Notes: a model not told the origin generated them from the sequence alone. 63,565 nt of DNA, filler included, from Octopus bimaculoides (GCF_001194135.2; 8 parts of 7 records of this genome joined end to end with filler, not necessarily neighbours in it), one strand, 5' to 3'. Numbered from the whole stretch's first letter, positions 1 to 10,559 are shown. Made by a program: numbers and translations.

Positions 1-142
1 CCTTATGGGATTTCCCAATCAAATTGCCAACAAACCATTTTCAGCCAAACCAATTTCAACAGATTTCGCTCAAATCTGATGTCCGTGTTACTTATTTTGG
101 TTTGAAATAAAGCACTTGATCACTTAATAATCCTAGCTTAAT

Positions 143-171
143 CCCGAGCAGCGCCAGGCTATACTGCTAGT
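143..171 (+). mobile_element. Helitron-like 3' terminus
   Basis: GC-rich imperfect hairpin cccgagcagcgccagg (143-158) followed 8 nt later by CTAG|T (167-171); a similar end lies on the minus strand at 15218-15245. Confidence 0.5.
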
Positions 172-209
172 ATATATTTTTTTTATATATATATATATAT
201 ATATATAAA

Positions 210-358
210 TGATGGGTTTCCATCTTCCAGATCCACTCACAAGGCTTTGGTCAGCCTTGTCCAAGGTGCCACGCAGTGGGACAGAACCCAGAGCCATGTG
301 GTTGTGAAGCAAGCTTCTTACCACACAATCATGTCTGCACCTATCCATGCAGCTATAC
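210..358 (-). mobile_element. tRNA-headed SINE family A, 5' part with internal deletion
   Basis: Reverse complement matches the head at 10866-11000 (gtggtaagaagc...ggttc...gtcccac...ccttgtgagtggat). Confidence 0.8.
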
Positions 359-394
359 CTATACATACATATGCGTGTGTGTATGTGTGTATGT

Positions 395-457
<63 letters not shown>
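395..457. repeat. (GA)n microsatellite
   Basis: Direct inspection. Confidence 0.95.
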
Positions 458-460
<3 letters not shown>

Positions 461-539
461 ATATACATACATATATATATATATATTTATATATTCATAT
501 ACATATATACGTATACATCCATACATATATATATGTACC

Positions 540-1420
540 ATCCGACATAAGCTGCTGGTTAGTGACTGCAAAATAAGACTAGATGGGCTAAAAGAAAAAA
601 GACAATCTGAAGATGGGAAATGTGGTAGCTAAGGCATCCCTCTGCTAAATGTAAGTTCTAAATAATACAGTACATGATGATGATGATGATGATGATGATG
701 CGAAGACCAATAAAGAACAATTGGCTGTTTCTATGGGATAACTTACTGAAAACTATGAACCAGATGTATGGCTAGCACTAGGCACCAGCTAGACAAAAAA
801 TAAAATAAAATAAAATAAAAATAACAGGGTGGTGTAATATCCCCATGGACAGAATCATAACATCTAAAAGATTAGCCTGGTAGAAAATGGAAGAAAGTGG
901 TAGTAAAGAGAAATAAAATGTTGCTAGAAGAGAAGCTAGACTACAAATGAATGTAGCAGGGACAAAAACTGAAAGAGGGTGATATTTGGTGTTTGGAAAA
1001 CCAGAGATGTGAGAAGTTGTGAATTGCAAGGGTGAGCAAAGATGTTTGGGAATAAGTAGATCTGAAATGATAATGGTGTACTATCATCAGTCAATGATGA
1101 GAAGATAGTGATCTGATGCCACTATAAGGGTTTGTTGAATGTGGAAAATGTAAAGGAGGAAGATCTTCCTGACGTTTGTCCAACTGTGGGACCAAGATAG
1201 GAAGGTAGATAGTTAAATGGTCAAAATGGCTGTGAAGGATATGAAGTGAAGCAAAGCCAGTAGTCCATCTGCTTTAGTTGATGAGACACTGAAAACATCA
1301 GGTGAAATAGAAGTTATGGAGGGAAGTGTCGTACCAAATGACTAGTGTAACAATATGATCATTGACTGTTACAAGAACAAGCAAGAATGTTCTTATGAAG
1401 GTAACTGCTAGCTCTCACTG
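540..1420 (+). mobile_element. Decayed RTE-clade LINE (endonuclease-RT linker and RT start)
   Basis: Fragments HKLLVSDCKIR (end of APE-like) and KDMK*SKASSPSALVDETLKTSGE, homologous to MKPSKAGGPSGVVAETLK at 12.9 kb; many stops; interrupted by (GAT)n. Confidence 0.7.
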
Positions 1421-1449
1421 TTCATGCAACTGTGTGCTGCCATTTGTTG

Positions 1450-2197
1450 GTATGTTACAAAACTAGTCTGTGAACTTTTTGGATATCACCTTGTAGATTA
1501 TGTCGTATTTCTGTGGAAGACATTAAACATGTGATTTGTAGCTGCCCCAAAATGTTGACAAACTACTACCTCTCAATGTGACATGGCATTGAAAAAATGT
1601 CATCCAGAAAAAAAAAAACTGTCACCTAGAAAAAGAACTGTCCTGGAATAAATAGAGAATCCTGCTGTTTTTGAATATATATGCAAACATCAACTCAAGG
1701 AATACTGACTGGTGGAACATTCCCATCAAAACATCTGTCAAGTGTAAACATAACAGGCCAGATATTGTTGTTTGGGACAGACAGGAAAATGTATATACCA
1801 TCACAGAAGTCAGCTGTCCTGTTGATGTGAATATCTCTTTGAAAATTGAAAAGAAAGATAACTATGGACAATTGCTTCAAAACCTCCTGCTTCTAAGATT
1901 CGGATTACAAATTTACATTTATAACAATAATAATTGGAGCACTTGGTTTTGTAAGTAACTGCCAAACTGTCAGTCTGGATAAGCTTGGATTTTCAGAAAA
2001 AGAAATCAACCAACTGATTCGCACATAACAAATACAATCTGTAATCAGAACAGAGAAGCTATGCTAGAATTCTCTCAGGTTTAAAATGTGACGTTGTTTT
2101 CATTATTTACATCCCAATGAAAGAGCTTTCTACCTTTGTTAGGGACCAGTTCCTTCTGCAAAAGAAGAATTTAAATAATTAAAAATAGAAGAGAATA
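1450..2197 (+). mobile_element. R4/Dong-type non-LTR retrotransposon 3' end (CCHC finger + restriction-like endonuclease), pseudogenised
   Basis: CRLCRISVEDIKHVICSCP (C-x2-C-x8-H-x4-C, ~1490-1550) and NRPDIVVWD...TITEVSCP (ORF 1671-1958); ends in a (TACA)n tract. Confidence 0.85.
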
Positions 2198-2335
2198 CAC
2201 TTACATACATACATAGATACATACATACACGTACATACATGCATACATACATGCATGCATACATACATACATACATACATGCATGCATACATACATACAT
2301 GCATACACACACACATACATACATACATACATACA

Positions 2336-2367
<32 letters not shown>

Positions 2368-2412
2368 AGAGACCAAAGTGTACATATGCCGCTATATGTT
2401 TTATATATATAT

Positions 2413-2717
2413 AATACAAAATGGGACAAGAAGGCAAAACATCCAGACAATTAGGGAATACAAAAAGGGGACAACAAAACACCCAGATAGACGATACAAA
2501 GAAAACAAGGACGGATCATTCGGAGTTTTCTTTCCTCAGTCGAGTTCCAGATTATCTTTGCAATCTCGGCTGGTTATACTCGAGATTGCTCCAATCTGGC
2601 CAGCCCCAAGGAAAAACTAAGCTAAGAGCATTAGATTCCTTGGAAGAAAGCAGCGAAGTCCCTTTTTTGTATCACCTAACTGTCTGGATGTTTTGTGTTC
2701 TTGTCCCATTTTGTATT
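2413..2717. mobile_element. MITE with ~60-bp terminal inverted repeats
   Basis: 2413-2472 (aatacaaaatgggacaag...aacatccagaca) is the near reverse complement of 2658-2717; central 9-bp stem gcaatctcg/cgagattgc (2560-2589); TA-rich flanks. Confidence 0.85.
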
Positions 2718-2844
2718 TTTTATATATAATACATACATACATACATACATACACATGCATGGATGCTTGCATGCATGCATATATGCATGTTATGCATGAA
2801 TGCACATGCATACACACATACACATACATACATGCATTACATAC

Positions 2845-3009
2845 TGTTATGTCTCAAGCTACTGCTATCTAGCACCTTCGGATGATCTCTACTCAACTGC
2901 TACACGACTGCTACTCGACTTCTACTCAACACACCTACAACGGTCAGACTACCTCTATTTATATGTCTTCGGTGATCCTACTTTTTCGCTTTGGGCCGTT
3001 GACACAACA
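2845..3009 (-). mobile_element. Probable solo LTR (165 bp)
   Basis: TGTT...AACA termini, TATAAATA on the minus strand (2956-2963), CATAC on both flanks (possible 5-bp TSD, weak because it lies in a CA/TA microsatellite). Confidence 0.6.
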
Positions 3010-3024
3010 CATACACACATACAC

Positions 3025-3055
<31 letters not shown>

Positions 3056-3300
3056 CAGACATACACACGCATACATATATACATATATGGATACATACAC
3101 AGGCATGCACATGTATGCACACATACACACACATACACACACATACACACACATACACACACATACATACATACATGCACACACATACATACAAACATAC
3201 ACCAACATATACACATACATATGTACATACGTATGTACACACACATATACTATACATACACACACACACACTCACACATATATACATGCATACATACATA

Positions 3301-3870
3301 CACGAAGGCAAGAAAGGAAAAACTTATGCTGAATTATTAAAAAAAAACTTACAGGTACTCTACATAGATTACAAGTTCAGATTTATACCCATAATTATTG
3401 GGGCACTATGATATATATAAGAAATGGCTTAGAAATTAGTGCTCTCAAAACCAAATAGCAGAAAGTTAATTAGAAGATTACAGATACAAACCATCAAAGG
3501 AACTGTCAAAATATGCAAAACTTTCCAAAAGTTTAGCATGTAAGTTCAGATGTATGTATCATGACATGCAACAGTATGTATGAGTATACACTCATAAACT
3601 AAAACATGCACATCTGCACATTTATACAGTTCAAATAACTGCACACATTCACACGCACGTGCATACATCATACTTACAATATGCAATTGTGATGCAGTTA
3701 CAAAATGTCTTTATTTTTATGTTCAGCAGCTGGTGGGGTGGGGTCTGACAAAAACCACCCACCTTGTCAGGCTGGCTTGGTGGTGTTGCTGGTTTAGTCA
3801 CCGATGGCTTAACCATGTGACAGGTTGTACTGGGTTACATGTTGCTCGTAAGTGTGACTTGACATACATA
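3301..3870 (+). mobile_element. 5'-truncated R4/Dong-type copy (ORF C-terminus + 3' UTR)
   Basis: TYAELLK-NLQVLYIDYKFRFIPIIIGAL...RRLQIQTIKGTVKICKTF, homologous to the 1860-2090 and 22800-23000 segments; (TACA)n on both sides. Confidence 0.8.
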
Positions 3871-4122
3871 TGTGCAGACGCAGGCATATAATGCATACAT
3901 GCATATACATACATACATACATACATACATACATACGTACGTATATACATACATGCATGCATGTAAATACACATGCATACGCCAGCATATACATGTATAC
4001 ATGCACATACATACATGTATGCATACATACATACATACAAACATACATGCATGCATGCATACATGGACATATACAAACATAATACTTACATGCACGCATG
4101 CACACATACATATATATAATAC

Positions 4123-4153
<31 letters not shown>

Positions 4154-4279
4154 CATACATGCATATATACATATATACATACACACACATACATATATAC
4201 ATACATGCATACATATATATATATATATATACATACATGCATATATACATACACACATGGATACACATACATATACATT

Positions 4280-4311
<32 letters not shown>

Positions 4312-4460
4312 CTATATATGCAAACACATACATATACATACACACATGTATTCACACAGTTGCACATACATATATAAACACACACACACCACATGCAAGA
4401 TATCATAAATATGTAAATATATCTGTACACACACTCACCCACACGCACACACACACACAC
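3871..4460. repeat. Compound (TACA)/(TA)/(CA) microsatellite
   Basis: Direct inspection; similar tracts at 2198-2365, 3010-3300, 22430-22585, 25470-25950, 33990-36000, 37930-38680, 40350-40820, 43200-43560 and 53800-54030. Confidence 0.9.
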
Positions 4461-4649
4461 ATTTTACGCAATCACATACACACACCACATATGTTAAAAA
4501 TTATAAATGTGATCATGTATATACTTTTTCCATCTGGTTATAATCAACAAAGACAATAAAAAATATTACAAAAAATAAAATCTAAAACAAGTTCCTCATA
4601 CTTTTCAAAGAGTTTTTTTTTTTATAAATATCTTTTTCTTCTTTTATTT

Positions 4650-4880
4650 TCTTGTACTTGTTTCATTTATTGGAGTGTGGCCATACTGGGGCACCGGTTT
4701 GAAGAGTTTTAGTCAAATGAAATGACGCAGGTACTTCTTTTCCTTTTAAGTCGGGAACTTATTTTAACAGACTCTTTTGTTGAGCTATTAAGTTATGAGG
4801 ACATAAACAAACCAGCACAGCATGTCAAGAAGTAAAGGGATGGTGAGGGTGGTGGTACAAATGCAGACACAAAGGCACAC
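4650..4880 (-). mobile_element. SINE family A 3' half, degenerate
   Basis: Reverse-complement similarity to the well-preserved tail at 37080-37295. Confidence 0.7.
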
Positions 4881-4944
4881 ACACATAGATATACATACAT
4901 GTATCTATCTATCTTTCTATATAAATACACACACAAACACACAC

Positions 4945-5179
4945 ATACTTGGTCTGATCTGTTGCCATAGTAATGAAGCTAAAGCACGCAGAGTGAAACT
5001 GCTTGGCTCAAATTGACCTTGAACTCTGCTGTGCATGCACATCAAGTTTTAACATTCTAGCTCACACTCACTGTTTACAGCAGTGCTTGGAAGGAAGATG
5101 TGTAGTGTGTGATTGTCACATTAACCATGACAGAATGCTGAGTAGAAAATCTGCATCAAATTTTGCCAAAATCTTGGCG
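4945..5179 (+). mobile_element. Mariner 5' end (5' UTR + first codons)
   Basis: ATG at 5127, then frameshifted E*KICIKFCQNLG; the 5090-5135 UTR is homologous to the minus-strand 5605-5650 segment. Confidence 0.7.
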
Positions 5180-5650
5180 TTACCGGCTCAGAGGCCTACG
5201 CGAAGTTTTCATAAAGATTTTGTCATTCTTGATATAATCAAGATCATGTGCAACTGAAACCTGAGTGTCTTTTTGATCAGCTGAAAGCAATTTTGGCACA
5301 AACTTGGCAGACATGTGTCTCATACCCAGATCTTCAGTAATAATGGACTGAACTGAACCATAACTAATTTGCACATCCTCTGATAACTCATGGATAGTGA
5401 TTTGATGATTTCGTCTCACATCTGCAATGTTTTTCTCAATTCTGCTGGTTGTGGGTCTCCGAGAAATGTCAATATCGACATTTTTTTGGCCATCTTGGAA
5501 ATGTCTGAACCACTCGTAGACTTGTGTGCAGCTCAGACACTCATCTCCATACACTTTCTGCAACTTTGCGTAGGCCTCTGAACAGGTATCACCATGACAA
5601 CTTTCTCGGTCATGTTCAATGTGATGATCACATGCTACACACCTTCCTTT
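5180..5650 (-). pseudogene. Mariner transposase N-terminal HTH region
   Basis: ORF 5180-5653: GDTCSEAYAKLQKVYGDECLS..QVYEWFRHF...ITEDLGMRHMSAKFVPKLL (WVPHEL-equivalent motif); no catalytic domain. Confidence 0.9.
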
Positions 5651-5699
5651 CATGTACTATATATATATATATATGCATGTGTGTGTGTGTATATATGTA

Positions 5700-5730
<31 letters not shown>

Positions 5731-5918
5731 TTATGTACTTACACACTTATACATATATATATACACATATGTACAAAGTATGGGGGTTTAGTTCACAGGT
5801 GATCTAAATGATTAGGTACACTAGGTAAGTGCTGTAACGGATTACCAGGGCTCCAAGGTTATAACCGAGAAGGTAGTTATGGAGCCATTGCAGATTTCTG
5901 ATGCAGCAGATATATAAC

Positions 5919-6046
5919 TGTTAAAGAGGACAACAAATGTTAAGGCAAGGCAAACATCTCAAGTTGTGAATTTTTTCCAATAATAATAATAATGTGTATG
6001 ACTTGAGATGTTTGCCTTGCCTTAATGCTTGATGTCCTCTTTAACA
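5919..6046. repeat. Short foldback hairpin, 46-bp arms and 36-nt loop
   Basis: 5919-5964 vs 6001-6046 are reverse complements with a perfect core ttaaggcaaggcaaacatctcaagt. Confidence 0.9.
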
Positions 6047-6094
6047 ATTACATATATACATATATATGTATTTATAATTATATACTTATGTGAA

Positions 6095-6364
6095 GGCGCA
6101 TGGCTCAGTGGTTAGAGTGTTGAGCTTACGATTGTGAGGTTGTGAGTTTGAATCCCAGACCAGGCTGTGTGTTGTGTTCTTGAGCAAGACACTTTATTTC
6201 ACATTGCTCCAGTTCACCCAGTTGTAGGAATGAGTTGTGACATGACAGGTGCCAAGCTGTATTGGCCTTTGCCTTTTCCTTGGATAACATCGGTGGCATG
6301 GAGAGGGAAGGCCGGTATGCATGGGCAACTGCTGGTCTTCCATAAAACAGCCTTGCCCGGACTT
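6095..6364 (+). mobile_element. tRNA-headed SINE family C, 3' end joined directly to LINE ORF1
   Basis: A-box tggctcagtggttaga, B-box-like gagtttgaatccc; related copy at 13592-13905. Confidence 0.85.
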
Positions 6365-8040
6365 GAAGACATGGCTAAGAAATTTGGAAAATATCTAGAG
6401 ATGTTACATATAGAGGGGCCAACTGTAAAGTTGACCTCATCAGAGGAGGAAAAGGCGAAAATGGAAATTACGGTGGTGGAATATAAATCGTTTTTGAGAA
6501 AAAATAAAAGAATAGAGAGCGCAACTAAGGAGGAGGTGGAGGAGTGTTTGAAGGAATTGAAAGAAGATGTGTCGTTTTTCACAAGAGGCAAGACATACAC
6601 GTCTGTAGAGATCACATTTGTATCGGAGGAGGCAGACGTTAACTGGAGGAAATTGGATGCTCTTTCCCAGTCAACTGAGTAGATGTCCAAAGAGGATTAG
6701 GGTGGGTAGGATCCCGCTGAAAATAGAGCCAGAATGGGTAATGGCAGCAATTTTTTCTGGAAAAAAGGAAGAAGTAGAGGTAGTTATAATAACCAGAATC
6801 CAACAAATAAATTGATGGGGTATGGTTTGGAGGTGGTTTTCACGGCAAGTCAGACAGTATACGATACCATACTGGAGACACTGGAACTGCCAAACGAGGA
6901 CAAGTTGGATATAATGTTGGAAGGAAGACTTCCAAAGTGCTATGGATGCGGCAAAAGAGGTCACATTAGAAGAAGGTACCCAGAAATAATGGAAAACATA
7001 GAAATGGAAATGCAAGAAGGCATGGTAGAGGAGAGGAAACAGACACAGGAAGAGGAACAGAGAGCTGATATTGAGGAAGCGGAGTCAAGGGAGAGAAAAT
7101 GGAGGAGCACATCGCTGAAATTTGAACAAGGAAAGAGATATAAATCACAGGATCAAGTGAGATCACCGAGGAAATAAGATAAAAGCAGAACATCACCAAG
7201 TGAACATACAGCCTCACAATCACACAAACAGGCAGATTCACAGACGTACATACACATGGAAGCGTAAAAGATAACATAGAGTTGCAGAAACCAAAAAGCA
7301 CAGAACCTGAAAACACAAACACACAAACACAACATGCAGACTTACAGCCACACAAACATGCAGACCCACAGACAAATAAACACACTGACATACAGCTACA
7401 AATGAATATGCAAGAACAGATACATGATAGTACAGAGTCACAAAAATAAGAAAGAACAGACATACAAATGCAAGAGATGTACAGGAACAGAATATATTTG
7501 ATAACATATCGGTCGACACAAAAAATAGAAAGGAAAATAACAAAATGAAAGACATTGTTAAAGTGGACCTCTCAGAGGGTTACGATAAGGAGATGAGATG
7601 GATTTTAATGGAAAAAGATAAGTATAAGAAGTTAAAAGAGGCTTTCCCATCAGATATAAACCCACTGGTACCCGAGGTGAATTTCGAACCCAGCACTACA
7701 GTGGTGAACTATGAGGAAATTAAGAACTGTATAAAATGGTCAGTAGAGTTTTATTTTGAAAAGAACTGTTGAGATAATTTTGAAAAGATCTTTTGATGTT
7801 GAAATGATTTTGAAAAGACTGTAGCGGTAATTGTGAAAAGAACTTTTGAAAAACGTTGAAATAATTTTGAAAGGAAGTGTTGAAATAACTGAAATAACAT
7901 AACCACCCCGGAGCAGGGCTGGGATGGCCGTTCCATCTTCATTGTATAATTTCACTGTTCCATTCTTTCATGTGTTGAGTGTCCCCGTATGTGTGTATTG
8001 CCCCATCTATGTTTAGCCCCTTGTGGGTAATAAATAAATC
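6365..8040 (+). mobile_element. Tx1/L1-like element with ORF1 only plus 3' UTR
   Basis: ORF1 pieces 6371-6682 and 6734-7177 (FFTRGKTY; IRVGRIPLKIEPEWV; knuckle CYGCGKRGHIRRRYP), CA-rich spacer, short ORF 7545-7772, TTTTGAAAAG repeats, 3' end gtttagccccttgtgggtAATAAA (8011-8034). No endonuclease or RT motifs. Confidence 0.75.
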
Positions 8041-9500
8041 AGTTTCAAAATTTACTTGTTTTTTCTTTTTCTTTTTCCATAAAAGTCCAAATAATTTTTC
8101 TCAGTTACAGTCATTACAAAATTATAATGACTTACTGCTTCTGTCTCTCACAATGTCTTTCAATTCTGCAATCCTTTTAAGTTGGGTTATCCAGTCTCAC
8201 TATAATTTTTTTTTGTTTGTGTCTTTCATGTTGTCTCTTTTTGTTTCTATTTTCCTGCTGTTTTGTGTGTTCTTGTATTTTCGTCTCTAAGTCTGTGTGT
8301 TCTTGTATTTGTGTGTCTGTGTGTTCGTTTGACTGTAACTCTACATGCTTTGTCTGTGTGTCTCTGTTTTTAGGTTTCCGTAATTCTGGGTTGTCTCATT
8401 TCTGGTCTGTATGACTCTATACTTCTAATTCCTTTGCTGGTACTTCTACTGGTAAATTTTCTCTGTTTCTTGTCGTGGGTTGAGTTTCTTCTTCCATTCC
8501 TTTACACTTCTTCAATTCCACTGTCATTGGTTACTTTCTTCTCTCTCTTTTCCTGGGTTTTACTTCTGCAAAATTCCCATCATGTTCTATTTTATGTTTC
8601 TGCTTTTTTTCCACAACTATATCTTCCTGAACACTCTTTTCCACCATTTCCACTGCTCCTCTGGGGTATTTCCTTCTCAGGTGCTCTCTTTCACCACATC
8701 CGTAAAATTTTGGGGGTTTCCCCTCCAACATTATTTCCAGTTTTTCCCTATTTGGTAGTTCCACAGTTTCCACCATTTCATTGTAATATTTTGGGCTTAC
8801 TGCACAGATTATTTCAATACCATAACCCCACTAATTCAATTGTTGCATTCAGCTTATTATGCCAATCTTCAGGTCTTCACTTCCCTTCTCCAGCTCTGAA
8901 TTAAAAATTGCGACTATTACCCATTCTGGGTCTATCAATGGTGGAATTCTTCCCACCCTAATCCTAATGATTCTTTTGCCCAAACAGCTTGGCATTAACG
9001 TCCATTTCTCTCCTTGTATCAGCCCGTTGTCTGTTTTTTTTCGCCTCCTCTTCTGAAATCAAGGTTACTATTATAGTCGCATATTTTCTTCCTCTTGTAA
9101 AGAAAGTTATTCCTTCTCCTATTTGTTCCTCCAAGATTTCCTCTATCTCCTCCTGTGGTGCATGTTCTATTCTCCCATTTACATTAAAAAATGTTATGAA
9201 TGTAACCGTCTTGTTTTCCATTTTTCTTTTTTCCTCCTCTGGCAGGATCATTTTTATATTTGACCCTTCCTTTAAATCATATCATATTTGGCTATCTTCT
9301 TCTCATTTCACTCCATCCTCTCTAGCTTCAGCACATGTGGGTCTAGGGTATCTCGACCTCCAGTAGCTTCTGCGTAACTTTTCATTTTTTCAGTTGTTTC
9401 ACTACCACCCAACGACGGTGGCTTCGCAAAGAAATTTTGCTTAGTATTCTTCAAAACAAAACAAAATTGTTTGGGTGGAGGTGGTACTGCCAAATTCCTG
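8041..9500 (-). mobile_element. Second diverged Tx1/L1-like ORF1 copy, convergent with the first
   Basis: MKSYAEA N-terminus, ITFFTRGRKY, VGRIPPLIDPEWV, FYGCGEREHLRRKYP, same CA-rich spacer and gaaagacattgt / ttatggaaaaaga segment; frameshifted. Confidence 0.75.
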
Positions 9501-9547
9501 TTCAAAATATATAGTTTTCAAAGTGACAACTAGTCACTGATTTATAA

Positions 9548-10053
9548 ATTAGAAAATTACTATTTTTAAATCCTGGACTGGCCCTTGTGCAGGTGGCACG
9601 TAAAATACACCATTTCGAGCGTGGCTATTGCCAGTACCCGCCTGACTGGCCCTCGTGCCGGTGGCATGTAAAAGCACCTACTACACTCTCTGAGTGGTTG
9701 GCGTTAGGAAGGGCATCCAGCTGTAGAAACTCTGCCAAATCAGATTGGAGCCTGGTGTCGCCTCCTTGTCCACCAGTCCTCAGTCAAATCGTCCAACCCA
9801 TGCTAGCATGGAAAGCGGACGTTAAACGACGACGATGATGATGATGATGATGACAACGTGAGATATTCAGCAACAGTACTTTGTAGTAAAGATTGTTTGC
9901 CAACATAACATGGCAGTCCTGGTTTACGATGTCTCCTGTGGCTAAATTAGTCCTAAACCAAGACTGCCATGTTATGTTGGTAATCAATCTTTACTACAAA
10001 GTACTATTGCTGAATATCTCACGTTGTAAGATTTAAAAATAGTCATTTTCTAA
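9548..10053. mobile_element. Foldback element interrupted by a SINE
   Basis: 9854-9929 vs 9951-10026 near-perfect inverted arms; outer arm 9548-9574 pairs with 10028-10053. Confidence 0.85.
9575..9852 (+). mobile_element. SINE family D, 3' portion with (GAT)n tail
   Basis: Ends cccatgctagcatggaaagcggacgttaaacg(atg)n; related degenerate copy at 10560-10858. Confidence 0.85.
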
Positions 10054-10184
10054 GTTAGAGGTGTTTAAAGCCTCTAAGGGATAAATATATCTAAAGGCAC
10101 TCCTGGTAATTACCTTAGTAAGTATAATCCTTGGCAAAAGGTATACAGCTGCAGGTAATTTAGCAGGTAAACCATAGTTTAATT

Positions 10185-10518
10185 TATATAGACGAAAAGA
10201 AAATGGAGGAAAAATAACAATAAGAAGTGTGTCTTTTGCGCTAGGAAGTCATTATTTAACTAATTAAGAAAAGTGAGAGTAAGAGTGAGTTTACGAGTGT
10301 TTCTGTGTACCATGGTGAAGAAAATATATATATATTTATATTTTTACAAAAATATAGATGTATATATATTTTCCTCACCATGGTACAAAAATATAAATAT
10401 ATATATATTTTCCTCACCATGGTACACAGAAACAATCGTAAACTCTTAACTAATTAAATAATGGCTTCCTAGTTATTTTTCCTCGTTATTTTTCCTCCAT
10501 TTTCTTTTCGTCTATATA
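10185..10518. mobile_element. Foldback MITE with nearly full-length inverted arms
   Basis: tatatagacgaaaagaaaatggaggaaaaataac at 10185 is mirrored at 10485-10518; inner arms gtttctgtgtaccatggtga also pair; internal tandem duplication of the aaaatata...ttttcctcaccatggtac unit. Confidence 0.9.
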
Positions 10519-10559
10519 TATATATATATTTATATACTTATATATATACCCCAGTGCTA

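Noticed and set aside
6167-6370. N-terminal part of ORF 6167-6682 as real coding sequence
   Set aside because: It is SINE sequence read through by chance; homology to the sister ORF1 begins only near 6365.
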